Part shown: in pieces, positions 23,527 through 35,300 of the stretch
Layout: every line of letters begins with the position of its first letter
Numbering within the stretch: the first letter of the stretch is position 1
NCBI GenBank assembly: GCA_964016885.1
Contig: OZ024741.1
Location: forward strand, 6,138,001 to 6,202,000
Length of the DNA stretch: 64,000 nucleotides
Direction of reading: 5' to 3'
From: Eledone cirrhosa
Lineage: Eukaryota
The notes under the pieces: generated by a model
What the model saw: only the letters and a program-made list of their open reading frames with translations
The model's database searches: none
Told to the model about the DNA's origin: nothing
Position numbers and translations under genes: made by a program

Positions 23527-24126
23527 TAATATATGGTGACAGTCGAGTTTGCAATTTTCAACTGTAATGAGATGGGTAAATTTCCTACCTTTTATACATT
23601 TTATACAGAGAAAAGTGGCTCCAGAATGCTAAGCCCTGTAAACTGTATTTCGACCAATCAGTGTGTAGTTTTACTGAATTACTAAAGCTGATTGGTTTAA
23701 GCGTCACGGCTGGTTGAGCATGTTAACGACCAATGATCATATCCAAAGCATCAATTGTTTTGCTATTTTTAGAAATGATGAAAATAGCATTTTCTATTAA
23801 TCATCACCATCAACATCACTTTTATTATTATTATTATTGTTGTTGTTGTTGTTGTTAGTGGTCGTGGTCATAGTGGTAGTAGAAGTAATGCCCCTAAGCG
23901 TTATTATTGTTCGTTTAGCTTGGGTTTGAATTTATCAATAAAATTCTTTTCTTTGATTTTTCTCTTGATTTCACTTGGGCTGTGTAATTTGTAGAATGGG
24001 AATATTATAAATATTCCCTGACCACATGTTGCCAGGTGGCCGCTTAGGGGTATCTGAGGGACATTTGGGTCTCTGATTTGTTGACGGTGTACCCGACAAT
24101 GTCAATCCATACACGCCGGTCAATAT

Positions 24127-24456
24127 ATGAAAACAAAAACTGGAAAAATATTCCCAAATGCAAATATGAACTGCAAAAGCAGAAATCTAATTTACTGCAT
24201 TAAATGCCCGAATTGTGAAGAACTATATGTCGGTCAAACTGGAAATGCACTATCGGAACGTGCACGGGTACACCGTCAACAAATCAGAGACCCAAATGTC
24301 CGTCAGATACCCCTAAGTGGCCACCTGGTAACATGTGGTCAGGGAATATTTATAATATTCCCATTCTACAAATTACACAGCCCAAGTGAAATCAAGAGAA
24401 AAATCAAAGAAAAGAATTTTATTGATAAATTCAAACCCAAGCTAAACGAACAATAA
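24127..24456 (+). CDS. GIY-YIG endonuclease domain (C-terminus of a Penelope-like ORF, truncated)
   Basis: NCKSRNLIYCIKCPNCEELYVGQT...ER..H...H...KEKNFI...LN: the GIY/YIG motifs with CxxC between them and the conserved R, E and N. Confidence 0.85.
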   Translation: MKTKTGKIFPNANMNCKSRNLIYCIKCPNCEELYVGQTGNALSERARVHRQQIRDPNVRQIPLSGHLVTCGQGIFIIFPFYKLHSPSEIKRKIKEKNFIDKFKPKLNEQ

Positions 24457-24833
24457 TAACGCTTAGGGGCATTACTTCTACTACCACTATGACCACGACC
24501 ACTAACAACAACAACAACAACAATAATAATAATAATAAAAGTGATGTTGATGGTGATGATTAATAGAAAATGCTATTTTCATCATTTCTAAAAATAGCAA
24601 AACAATTGATGCTTTGGATATGATCATTGGTCGTTAGCATGCTCAACCAGCCGTGACGCTTAAACCAATCAGCTTTAGTAATTCAGTGAAACTACACACT
24701 GATTGGTCGAAATACAGTTTACAGGGCTTAGCATTCTGGAGCCACTTTTCTCTGTATAAAATGTATAAAAGGGAGGAAATTTACCCATCTCATTACAGTT
24801 GAAAATTGCAAACTCGACTGTCACCACATATTA

Positions 24834-24872
24834 TGAACCTGAAGATTGCGAAAGCATGAAAGTACTTGTTCA
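24834..24872 (+). ncRNA. Minimal type I hammerhead motif in the Penelope 3' terminal repeat
   Basis: TGAAC CTGAAGA t-TGC-gaaa-GCA-t GAAA gtac TT GTTCA; palindromic AAGTACTT at stem III. Confidence 0.78.
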
Positions 24873-25040
24873 ATTTACGCTTAGAATTTAATATTCTATC
24901 ATACTATTTCATTATAATACCATTATATATTTTAAAGGATTGTAAATAAAAGGAGTAAATCAGACAAAGTTGGAATTCCTCTTATTAATATAATCTTCTA
25001 TACACAATCATACACACCCGTGTATATTTACCTATCTATA

Positions 25041-25075
<35 letters not shown>

Positions 25076-25429
25076 GATCTGAAAAATTACTAGCTGTAAA
25101 CCTGTGTCCAGTCCTGGGCAATATATGTCTCTCTTTATTTTCTTAAAATTATGATTATCTGAGAGATATTTGCTGACACAATGAATCCTTATAATTCAGA
25201 AAGAGGTCAGCAATCATTCAAATATGTGTCATAGCTGTTGTTGTTGTTGCTTAGTTTTGGTTCAGATCTAATCAAGGAGAACTATGATCAAAGGTTCACC
25301 AGCCATAATTATCCTGTCTCTTTCATATGCCCTTTTCTTAGACATTGGGTGCTTTGAGGGAGATTTGACTGCTATTTCTAGTTAGCAGGTTGATCAACCA
25401 CACAGAGGTTAGTCAAATGGTTTGTGTTC

Positions 25430-26370
25430 CTTTGTTGTCAACACTTTCTGGTGAGACAACTACAGGAGTACTTGGCTAAGAGTAAGCCGCTGTACCTGGC
25501 ATTTGTGGCTCTAGAGAAGGCTTTTGACTGAGTCCTCTACCCTGTAATCTGGTTGGCATTAAGGAAGTTAAGGGAAGATGAATGGCTTGTGAGGACCATG
25601 TATAGAGGTGCAGCAAGGTGAGAGTTGGTAGTACAGTGAGGAATTTGAAGTGCATACAGGTAGGTGTCCATTACAGCTCAGTTCTCTACCCACTTCAGTT
25701 TATCATTGTCCTTCAAGCCATTACAGAGGAGTTTAAAACTGGCACTCCATGAGAACTCCTGATGCTGATGATCTAGTCCTTATAGCTGAATCTATGGGAG
25801 AGTTGGAGGCAAAATTCCAGGCATGGAAGATAAACCTAGGATTGAAAGGCCTAAAAGTAAACTTAGTAAACACTAAAGTCTTAATAAGTAGGTGGGTAGG
25901 TGGCTGATACCATCATGGAATTGGCCTTGCTTCATGTGTCAGAAAGGTGGGCAAAAAATCCATAAGGGGCATCCAGTGTAATTTATGGATGCACAAGAGA
26001 TGTAAACATTAAGAACACACATGAAATAGATTCCCTTAGATATAAGGAGGCCCCTTAAAAGTTGTTGACAGCTTTCTTTAGCTAGGGGACCTAATCAGCT
26101 GTCGAGGAGAATGCCTGGAAATTGTGACATCCAGTACAAGAACAAGCTGGAAAAAGTTTAGGGAGTTGAAACCACTACTGATGAAAGGGATTCTTTCTCA
26201 GAGGGAAGGGTTGACTATGATGCCTGTATGTATAAGGAGTGAGATATGTGCTTTAACTGCAGAAGACTAGAAAGAAATGAAGTATGCTCTGATGGGTGTG
26301 TAATATTAGTGTACATGTAAAATATAGCGGAAGCAAACTAAAGGAAGAACTTGGCATGAAAGGAATAATT
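25430..26370 (+). pseudogene. Old, heavily mutated RTE LINE RT fragment
   Basis: QLQEEYLAKSKPLYLAFVALEKAFD, FIIVLQAITEEFKTG, ADDL and PHD remnants, colinear with ~19350-20400; many stops and frameshifts. Confidence 0.88.
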
Positions 26371-26380
26371 CAAATGAAAA

Positions 26381-29300
26381 GATATAAAGGTATTCTGTAG
26401 AGTGTGGGACACATAGAGGTATTCTGTACCTGACAGGTATAAAGGTATTCTGTACCTGACGGGTATAAAGGTATTCTGTACCTGACAGGTATAAAGGTAT
26501 TCTGTACCTGACAGATGTAAAGGTATTCTGTACCTGACAGATGTAAAGGTATTCTGTACCTGACAGGTATAAAGGTATTCTGTTCCTGACAGATGTAAAG
26601 GTATTCTGTACATGACAGATGTAAAGATATTCTGTTCCTGACAGGTATAAAGGTATTCTGTACCTGAGAGGTATAAAGGTATTCTGTTCCTGACAGATGT
26701 AAAGGTATTCTGTTCCTGACAGATGTAAAGGTATTCTGTACCTGACAGGTATAAAGGTATTCTGTACCTGACAGGTATAAAGGTATTCTGTTCCTGACAG
26801 ATGTAAAGGTATTCTGTACCTGACAGATGTAAAGGTATTCTGTACCTGACAGGTATAAAAGTATTCTGTACCTGACAGGTATAAAGGTATTCTGTTTCTG
26901 ACAGGTATAGAGGTATTCTGTACCTGACAGGTATAAAGGTATTCTGTACCTGACAGATATAAAGATATTCTGTTCCTGACACGTATAAAGGTATTCTTTA
27001 CCTGACAGATATAAAGGTATTCTGTACCTGACAGGTATAAAGGTATTCTGTACCTGACAGGTATAGAGGTATTCTATACCTGACAGGTATAAAGGTATTC
27101 TGTACCTGACAGATATAAAGGTATTCTGTACCTGACAGGTATAAATTATTCTGTACCTGACAGGTATAAAGGTATTCTGTACCTGACAGGTATAAAGGTA
27201 TTCTGTACCTGACAGGTATAAAGGTATTCTGTACCTGAGAGATATAAAGGTATTCTGTACCTGACAGGTATAAATTATTCTGTACCTGACAGGTATAAAG
27301 GTATTCTGTACCTGACAGGTATAAAGGTATGCTGTACCTGACAGATGTAAAGGTATTCTGTACCTGACAGATGTAAAGGTATTCTGTACCTGACAGGTAT
27401 AAAGGTATTCTGTAGCTAACAGGTATAAAGTTATTCTGTCCCTGACAGATAAAAAGGTATTCTGTACCTGACAGATGTAAAGGTATTCTTTACCTGACAG
27501 GTATAAAGGTATTCTGTACCTGACAGATGTAAAGGTATTCTGTTCCTGACAGATGTAAAGGTATTCTGTACCTGACAGATGTAAAGGTATTCTGTTCCTG
27601 ACAGATATAAAGGTATTCTGTTCCTGACAGATGTAAAGGTATTCTGTACCTGACAGATGTAAAGGTATTCTGTACCTGACAGATGTAAAGGTATTCTGTA
27701 CCTGACAGGTATAAAGGTATTCTGTACCCGACAGGTATAAAGGTATTCTGTCACTGACAGATAAAAAGGTATTCTATACCTGACAGATGTAAAGGTATTC
27801 TTTACCTGACAGGTATAAAGGTATTCTGTTCCTGACAGATGTAAAGGTATTCTGTACCTGACAGATGTAAAGGTATTCTGTACCTCACAGGTATAAAGGT
27901 ATTCTGTACCTGACAGGTATAAAGGTATTCTGTTTCTGACAGGTATAGAGGTATTCTGTACCTGACAGGTATAAAGGTATTCTGTACCTGACAGGTATAA
28001 AGGTATTCTGTACCTGACAGATATAAAGGTATTCTGTTCCTGACATGTATAAAGGTATTCTGTACCTGACAGATATAAAGGTATTCTGTACCTGACAGGT
28101 ATAAATTATTCTGTACCTGACAGGTATAAAGGTATTCTGTACCTGACAGGTATAAAGGTATTCTGTACCTGACAGGTATAAAGGTATTCTGTACCTGAGA
28201 GATATAAAGGTATTCTGTTCCTGACAGATGTAAAGGTATTCTGTACCTGACAGATGTAAAGGTATTCTGTACCTGACAGATGTAAAGGTATTCTGTACCT
28301 GACAGATGTAAAGGTATTCTGTACCTGACAGGTATAAAGGTATTCTGTACCCGACAGGTATAAAGGTATTCTGTCCCAGACAGATAAAAAGGTATTCTGT
28401 ACCTGACAGATGTAAAGGTATTCTTTACCTGACAGGTATAAAGGTATTCTGTACCTGACAGATATAAAGGTATTCTGTTCCTGACAGATGTAAAGGTATT
28501 CTGTACCTGACAGATGTAAAGGTATTCTGTACCTGACAGATGTAAAGGTATTCTGTACCTGACAGGTATAAAGGTATACTGTACCTGACAGGTATAAAGG
28601 TATTCTGTAGCTGACAGATGTAAAGGTATTCTGTACCTGACAGGTATAAAGGTATTCTGTACCTGACAGGTATAAAGGTATTCTGTTCCTTACAGGTATA
28701 AAGGTATTCTGTACCTGACAGATGTAAAGGTATTCTGTTCCTGACAGATGTAAAGGTATTCTGTACCTGACAGGTATAAAGGTATTCTGTTCCTGACAGA
28801 TGTAAAGGTATTCTGTACCTGACAGATGTAAAGGTATTCTGTACCTGACAGATGTAAAGGTATTCTGTACCTGACAGGTATAAAGGTATTCTGTACCCGA
28901 CAGGTATAAAGGTATTCTGTCACTGACAGATAAAAAGGTATTCTGTACCTGACAGATGTAAAGGTATTCTTTACCTGACAGGTATAAAGGTATTCTGTTC
29001 CTGACAGATGTAAAGGTATTCTGTACCTGACAGATGTAAAGGTATTCTGTACCTCACAGGTATAAAGGTATTCTGTACCTGACAGGTATAAAGGTATTCT
29101 GTTTCTGACAGGTATAGAGGTATTCTGTACCTGACAGGTATAAAGGTATTCTGTACCTGACAGGTATAAAGGTATTCTGTACCTGACAGATATAAAGGTA
29201 TTCTGTTCCTGACATGTATAAAGGTATTCTGTACCTGACAGATATAAAGGTATTCTGTACCTGACAGGTATAAATTATTCTGTACCTGACAGGTATAAAG

Positions 29301-32300
29301 GTATTCTGTACCTGACAGGTATAAAGGTATTCTGTACCTGACAGGTATAAAGGTATTCTGTACCTGAGAGATATAAAGGTATTCTGTTCCTGACAGATGT
29401 AAAGGTATTCTGTACCTGACAGATGTAAAGGTATTCTGTACCTGACAGATGTAAAGGTATTCTGTACCTGACAGATGTAAAGGTATTCTGTACCTGACAG
29501 GTATAAAGGTATTCTGTACCCGACAGGTATAAAGGTATTCTGTCCCAGACAGATAAAAAGGTATTCTGTACCTGACAGATGTAAAGGTATTCTTTACCTG
29601 ACAGGTATAAAGGTATTCTGTACCTGACAGATATAAAGGTATTCTGTTCCTGACAGATGTAAAGGTATTCTGTACCTGACAGATGTAAAGGTATTCTGTA
29701 CCTGACAGATGTAAAGGTATTCTGTACCTGACAGGTATAAAGGTATACTGTACCTGACAGGTATAAAGGTATTCTGTAGCTGACAGATGTAAAGGTATTC
29801 TGTACCTGACAGGTATAAAGGTATTCTGTACCTGACAGGTATAAAGGTATTCTGTTCCTTACAGGTATAAAGGTATTCTGTACCTGACAGATGTAAAGGT
29901 ATTCTGTTCCTGACAGATGTAAAGGTATTCTGTACCTGACAGGTATAAAGGTATTCTGTTCCTGACAGATGTAAAGGTATTCTGTTCCTGACAGATGTAA
30001 AGGTATTCTGTACCTGACAGGTATAAAGGTATTCTGTACCTGACAGGTATAAAGGTATTCTGTTCCTGACAGATGTAAAGGTATTCTGTACCTGACAGAT
30101 GTAAAGGTATTCTGTACCTGACAGGTATAAAAGTATTCTGTACCTGACAGGTATAAAGGTATTCTGTTTCTGACAGGTATAGAGGTATTCTGTACCTGAC
30201 AGGTATAAAGGTATTCTGTACCTGACAGATATAAAGGTATTCTGTTCCTGACACGTATAAAGGTATTCTTTACCTGACAGATATAAAGGTATTCTGTACC
30301 TGACAGGTATAAAGGTATTCTGTACCTGACAGGTATAGAGGTATTCTATACCTGACAGGTATAAAGGTATTCTGTACCTGACAGATATAAAGGTATTCTG
30401 TACCTGACAGGTATAAATTATTCTGTACCTGACAGGTATAAAGGTATTCTGTACCTGACAGGTATAAAGGTATTCTGTACCTGACAGGTATAAAGGTATT
30501 CTGTACCTGAGAGATATAAAGGTATTCTGTACCTGACAGGTATAAATTATTCTGTACCTGACAGGTATAAAGGTATTCTGTACCTGATAGGTATAAAGGT
30601 ATGCTGTACCTGACAGATGTAAAGGTATTCTGTACCTGACAGATGTAAAGGTATTCTGTACCTGACAGGTATAAAGGTATTCTGTAGCTGACAGGTATAA
30701 AGTTATTCTGTCCCTGACAGATAAAAAGGTATTCTGTACCTGACAGATGTAAAGGTATTCTTTACCTGACAGGTATAAAGGTATTCTGTACCTGACAGAT
30801 GTAAAGGTATTCTGTTCCTGACAGATGTAAAGGTATTCTGTACCTGACAGATGTAAAGGTATTCTGTTCCTGACAGATATAAAGGTATTCTGTTCCTGAC
30901 AGATGTAAAGGTATTCTGTACCTGACAGATGTAAAGGTATTCTGTACCTGACAGATGTAAAGGTATTCTGTACCTGACAGGTATAAAGGTATTCTGTACC
31001 CGACAGGTATAAAGGTATTCTGTCCCTGACAGATAAAAAGGTATTCTGTACCTGACAGATGTAAAGGTATTCTTTACCTGACAGGTATAAAGGTATTCTG
31101 TTCCTGACAGATGTAAAGGTATTCTGTACCTGACAGATGTAAAGGTATTCTGTACCTCACAGGTATAAAGGTATTCTGTACCTGACAGGTATAAAGGTAT
31201 TCTGTTTCTGACAGTTATAGAGGTATTCTGTACCTGACAGGTATAAAGGTATTCTGTACCTGACAGGTATAAAGGTATTCTGTACCTGACAGATATAAAG
31301 GTATTCTGTTCCTGACATGTATAAAGGTATTCTGTTCCTGACAGATGTAAAGGTATTCTGTACCTGACAGATGTAAAGGTATTCTGTACCTGACAGATGT
31401 AAAGGTATTCTGTACCTGACAGGTATAAAGGTATACTGTACCTGACAGGTATAAAGGTATTCTGTAGCTGACAGATGTAAAGGTATTCTGTACCTGACAG
31501 GTATAAAGGTATTCTGTACCTGACAGGTATAAAGGTATTCTGTTCCTTACAGGTATAAAGGTATTCTGTACCTGACAGATGTAAAGGTATTCTGTTCCTG
31601 ACAGATGTAAAGGTATTCTGTACCTGACAGGTATAAAGGTATTCTGTACCTGACAGGTATAAAGGTATTCTGTTCCTGACAGATGTAAAGGTATTCTGTA
31701 CCTAACAGATGTAAAGGTATTCTGTACCTGACAGGTATAAAGGTATTCTGTTCCTGACAAGTATAAAGGTATTTTGTTTCTGACAGGTATAAAGATATTC
31801 TGTTCCTGACAGGTATAAAGGTATTCTGTACCTGACAGGTATAAAGGCATTCTGTACCTGACAGGAATGAAGGTATTCTGTTCCTGACAGTTGTAAAGGT
31901 ATTCTGTTCCTGACAGATGTAAAGGTATTCTGTACCTGACAGGTATAAAGGTATTCTGTTCCTGACAGATTTAAAGGTATTCTGTTCCTGACAGGTATAA
32001 AGGTATTCTGTACCTGACAGGTATAAAGGTATTCTGTTCCTGACAGATGTAAAGGTATTCTGTACCTGACAGATGTAAAGGTATTCTGTACCTGACAGGT
32101 ATAAAGGTATTCTGTTCCTGACAGATGTAAAGGTATTCTGTACCTGACAGATGTAAAGGTATTCTGTACCTGACAGGTATAAAGGTATTCTGTACCTGAC
32201 AGGTATAAAGGTATTCTGTTTCTGACAGGTATAGAGGTATTCTGTACCTGACAGGTATAAAGGTATTCTGTACCTGACAGGTATAAAGGTATTCTGTACC

Positions 32301-35300
32301 TGACAGATATAAAGGTATTCTGTTCCTGACATGTATAAAGGTATTCTGTACCTGACATATATAAAGGTATTCTGTACCTGACAGGTATAAATTATTCTGT
32401 ACCTGACAGGTATAAAGGTATTCTGTACCTGACAGGTATAAAGGTATTCTGTACCTGACAGGTATAAAGGTATTCTGTACCTGACAGGTATAAAGGTATT
32501 CTGTACCTGACAGGTATAAAGGTATTCTGTACCGGACAGGTATAATGGTATTCCGTACCTGACAGGTATAAAGGTATTCTGTACCTGACAGGTATAAAGG
32601 TATTCTGTACCTGACAGATATAAAGGTATTCTGTTCCTGACATGTATAAAGGTATTCTGTACCTGACAGATATAAAGGTATTCTGTACCTGACAGGTATA
32701 AATTATTCTGTACCTGACAGGTATAAAGGTATTCTGTTCCTGACAGATGTAAAGGTATTCTGTTCCTGACAGATGTAAAGGTATTCTGTACCTGACAGGT
32801 ATAAAGGTATTCTGTACCTGACAGGTATAAAGGCATTCTGTTCCTGACAGATGTAAAGGTATTCTGTACCTGACAGATGTAAAGGTATTCTGTACCTGAC
32901 AGATGTAAAGGTATTCTGTACCTGACAGGTATAAAGGTATTCTGTTTCTGACAGGTATAGAGGTATTCTGTACCTGACAGGTATAAAGGTATTCTGTACC
33001 TGACAGGTATAAAGGTATTCTGTACCTGACAGATATAAAGGTATTCTGTTCCTGACATGTATAAAGGTATTCTGTACCTGACAGATATAAAGGTATTCTG
33101 TACCTGACAGGTATAAATTATTCTGTACCTGACAGGTATAAAGGTATTCTGTACCTGACAGGTATAAAGGTATTCTGTACCTGACAGGTATAAAGGTATT
33201 CTGTACCTGAGAGATATAAAGGTATTCTGTTCCTGACAGATGTAAAGGTATTCTGTACCTGACAGATGTAAAGGTATTCTGTACCTGACAGATGTAAAGG
33301 TATTCTGTACCTGACAGATGTAAAGGTATTCTGTACCTGACAGGTATAAAGGTATTCTGTACCCGACAGGTATAAAGGTATTCTGTCCCAGACAGATAAA
33401 AAGGTATTCTGTACCTGACAGATGTAAAGGTATTCTTTACCTGACAGGTATAAAGGTATTCTGTACCTGACAGATATAAAGGTATTCTGTTCCTGACAGA
33501 TGTAAAGGTATTCTGTACCTGACAGATGTAAAGGTATTCTGTACCTGACAGATGTAAAGGTATTCTGTACCTGACAGGTATAAAGGTATACTGTACCTGA
33601 CAGGTATAAAGGTATTCTGTAGCTGACAGATGTAAAGGTATTCTGTACCTGACAGGTATAAAGGTATTCTGTACCTGACAGGTATAAAGGTATTCTGTTC
33701 CTTACAGGTATAAAGGTATTCTGTACCTGACAGATGTAAAGGTATTCTGTTCCTGACAGATGTAAAGGTATTCTGTACCTGACAGGTATAAAGGTATTCT
33801 GTTCCTGACAGATGTAAAGGTATTCTGTTCCTGACAGATGTAAAGGTATTCTGTACCTGACAGGTATAAAGGTATTCTGTACCTGACAGGTATAAAGGTA
33901 TTCTGTTCCTGACAGATGTAAAGGTATTCTGTACCTGACAGATGTAAAGGTATTCTGTACCTGACAGGTATAAAAGTATTCTGTACCTGACAGGTATAAA
34001 GGTATTCTGTATCTGACAGGTATAGAGGTATTCTGTACCTGACAGGTATAAAGGTATTCTGTACCTGACAGATATAAAGGTATTCTGTTCCTGACACGTA
34101 TAAAGGTATTCTTTACCTGACAGATATAAAGGTATTCTGTACCTGACAGGTATAAAGGTATTCTGTACCTGACAGGTATAGAGGTATTCTATACCTGACA
34201 GGTATAAAGGTATTCTGTACCTGACAGATATAAAGGTATTCTGTACCTGACAGGTATAAATTATTCTGTACCTGACAGGTATAAAGGTATTCTGTACCTG
34301 ACAGGTATAAAGGTATTCTGTACCTGACAGGTATAAAGGTATTCTGTACCTGAGAGATATAAAGGTATTCTGTACCTGACAGGTATAAATTATTCTGTAC
34401 CTGACAGGTATAAAGGTATTCTGTACCTGATAGGTATAAAGGTATGCTGTACCTGACAGATGTAAAGGTATTCTGTACCTGACAGATGTAAAGGTATTCT
34501 GTACCTGACAGGTATAAAGGTATTCTGTAGCTGACAGGTATAAAGTTATTCTGTCCCTGACAGATAAAAAGGTATTCTGTACCTGACAGATGTAAAGGTA
34601 TTCTTTACCTGACAGGTATAAAGGTATTCTGTACCTGACAGATGTAAAGGTATTCTGTTCCTGACAGATGTAAAGGTATTCTGTACCTGACAGATGTAAA
34701 GGTATTCTGTTCCTGACAGATATAAAGGTATTCTGTTCCTGACAGATGTAAAGGTATTCTGTACCTGACAGATGTAAAGGTATTCTGTACCTGACAGATG
34801 TAAAGGTATTCTGTACCTGACAGGTATAAAGGTATTCTGTACCCGACAGGTATAAAGGTATTCTGTCCCTGACAGATAAAAAGGTATTCTGTACCTGACA
34901 GATGTAAAGGTATTCTTTACCTGACAGGTATAAAGGTATTCTGTTCCTGACAGATGTAAAGGTATTCTGTACCTGACAGATGTAAAGGTATTCTGTACCT
35001 CACAGGTATAAAGGTATTCTGTACCTGACAGGTATAAAGGTATTCTGTTTCTGACAGTTATAGAGGTATTCTGTACCTGACAGGTATAAAGGTATTCTGT
35101 ACCTGACAGGTATAAAGGTATTCTGTACCTGACAGATATAAAGGTATTCTGTTCCTGACATGTAAAAAGGTATTCTGTTCCTGACAGATGTAAAGGTATT
35201 CTGTACCTGACAGATGTAAAGGTATTCTGTACCTGACAGATGTAAAGGTATTCTGTACCTGACAGGTATAAAGGTATACTGTACCTGACAGGTATAAAGG

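Larger units (their letters stand above)
23370..24990. mobile_element. Penelope-like element: 5'-truncated copy (+) preceded by an inverted copy of its 3' end
   Basis: Arms ~23370-24095 and 24265-24990 are near-perfect reverse complements with a 169-bp spacer. Contains a GIY-YIG ORF and a hammerhead in each arm. Confidence 0.9.
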
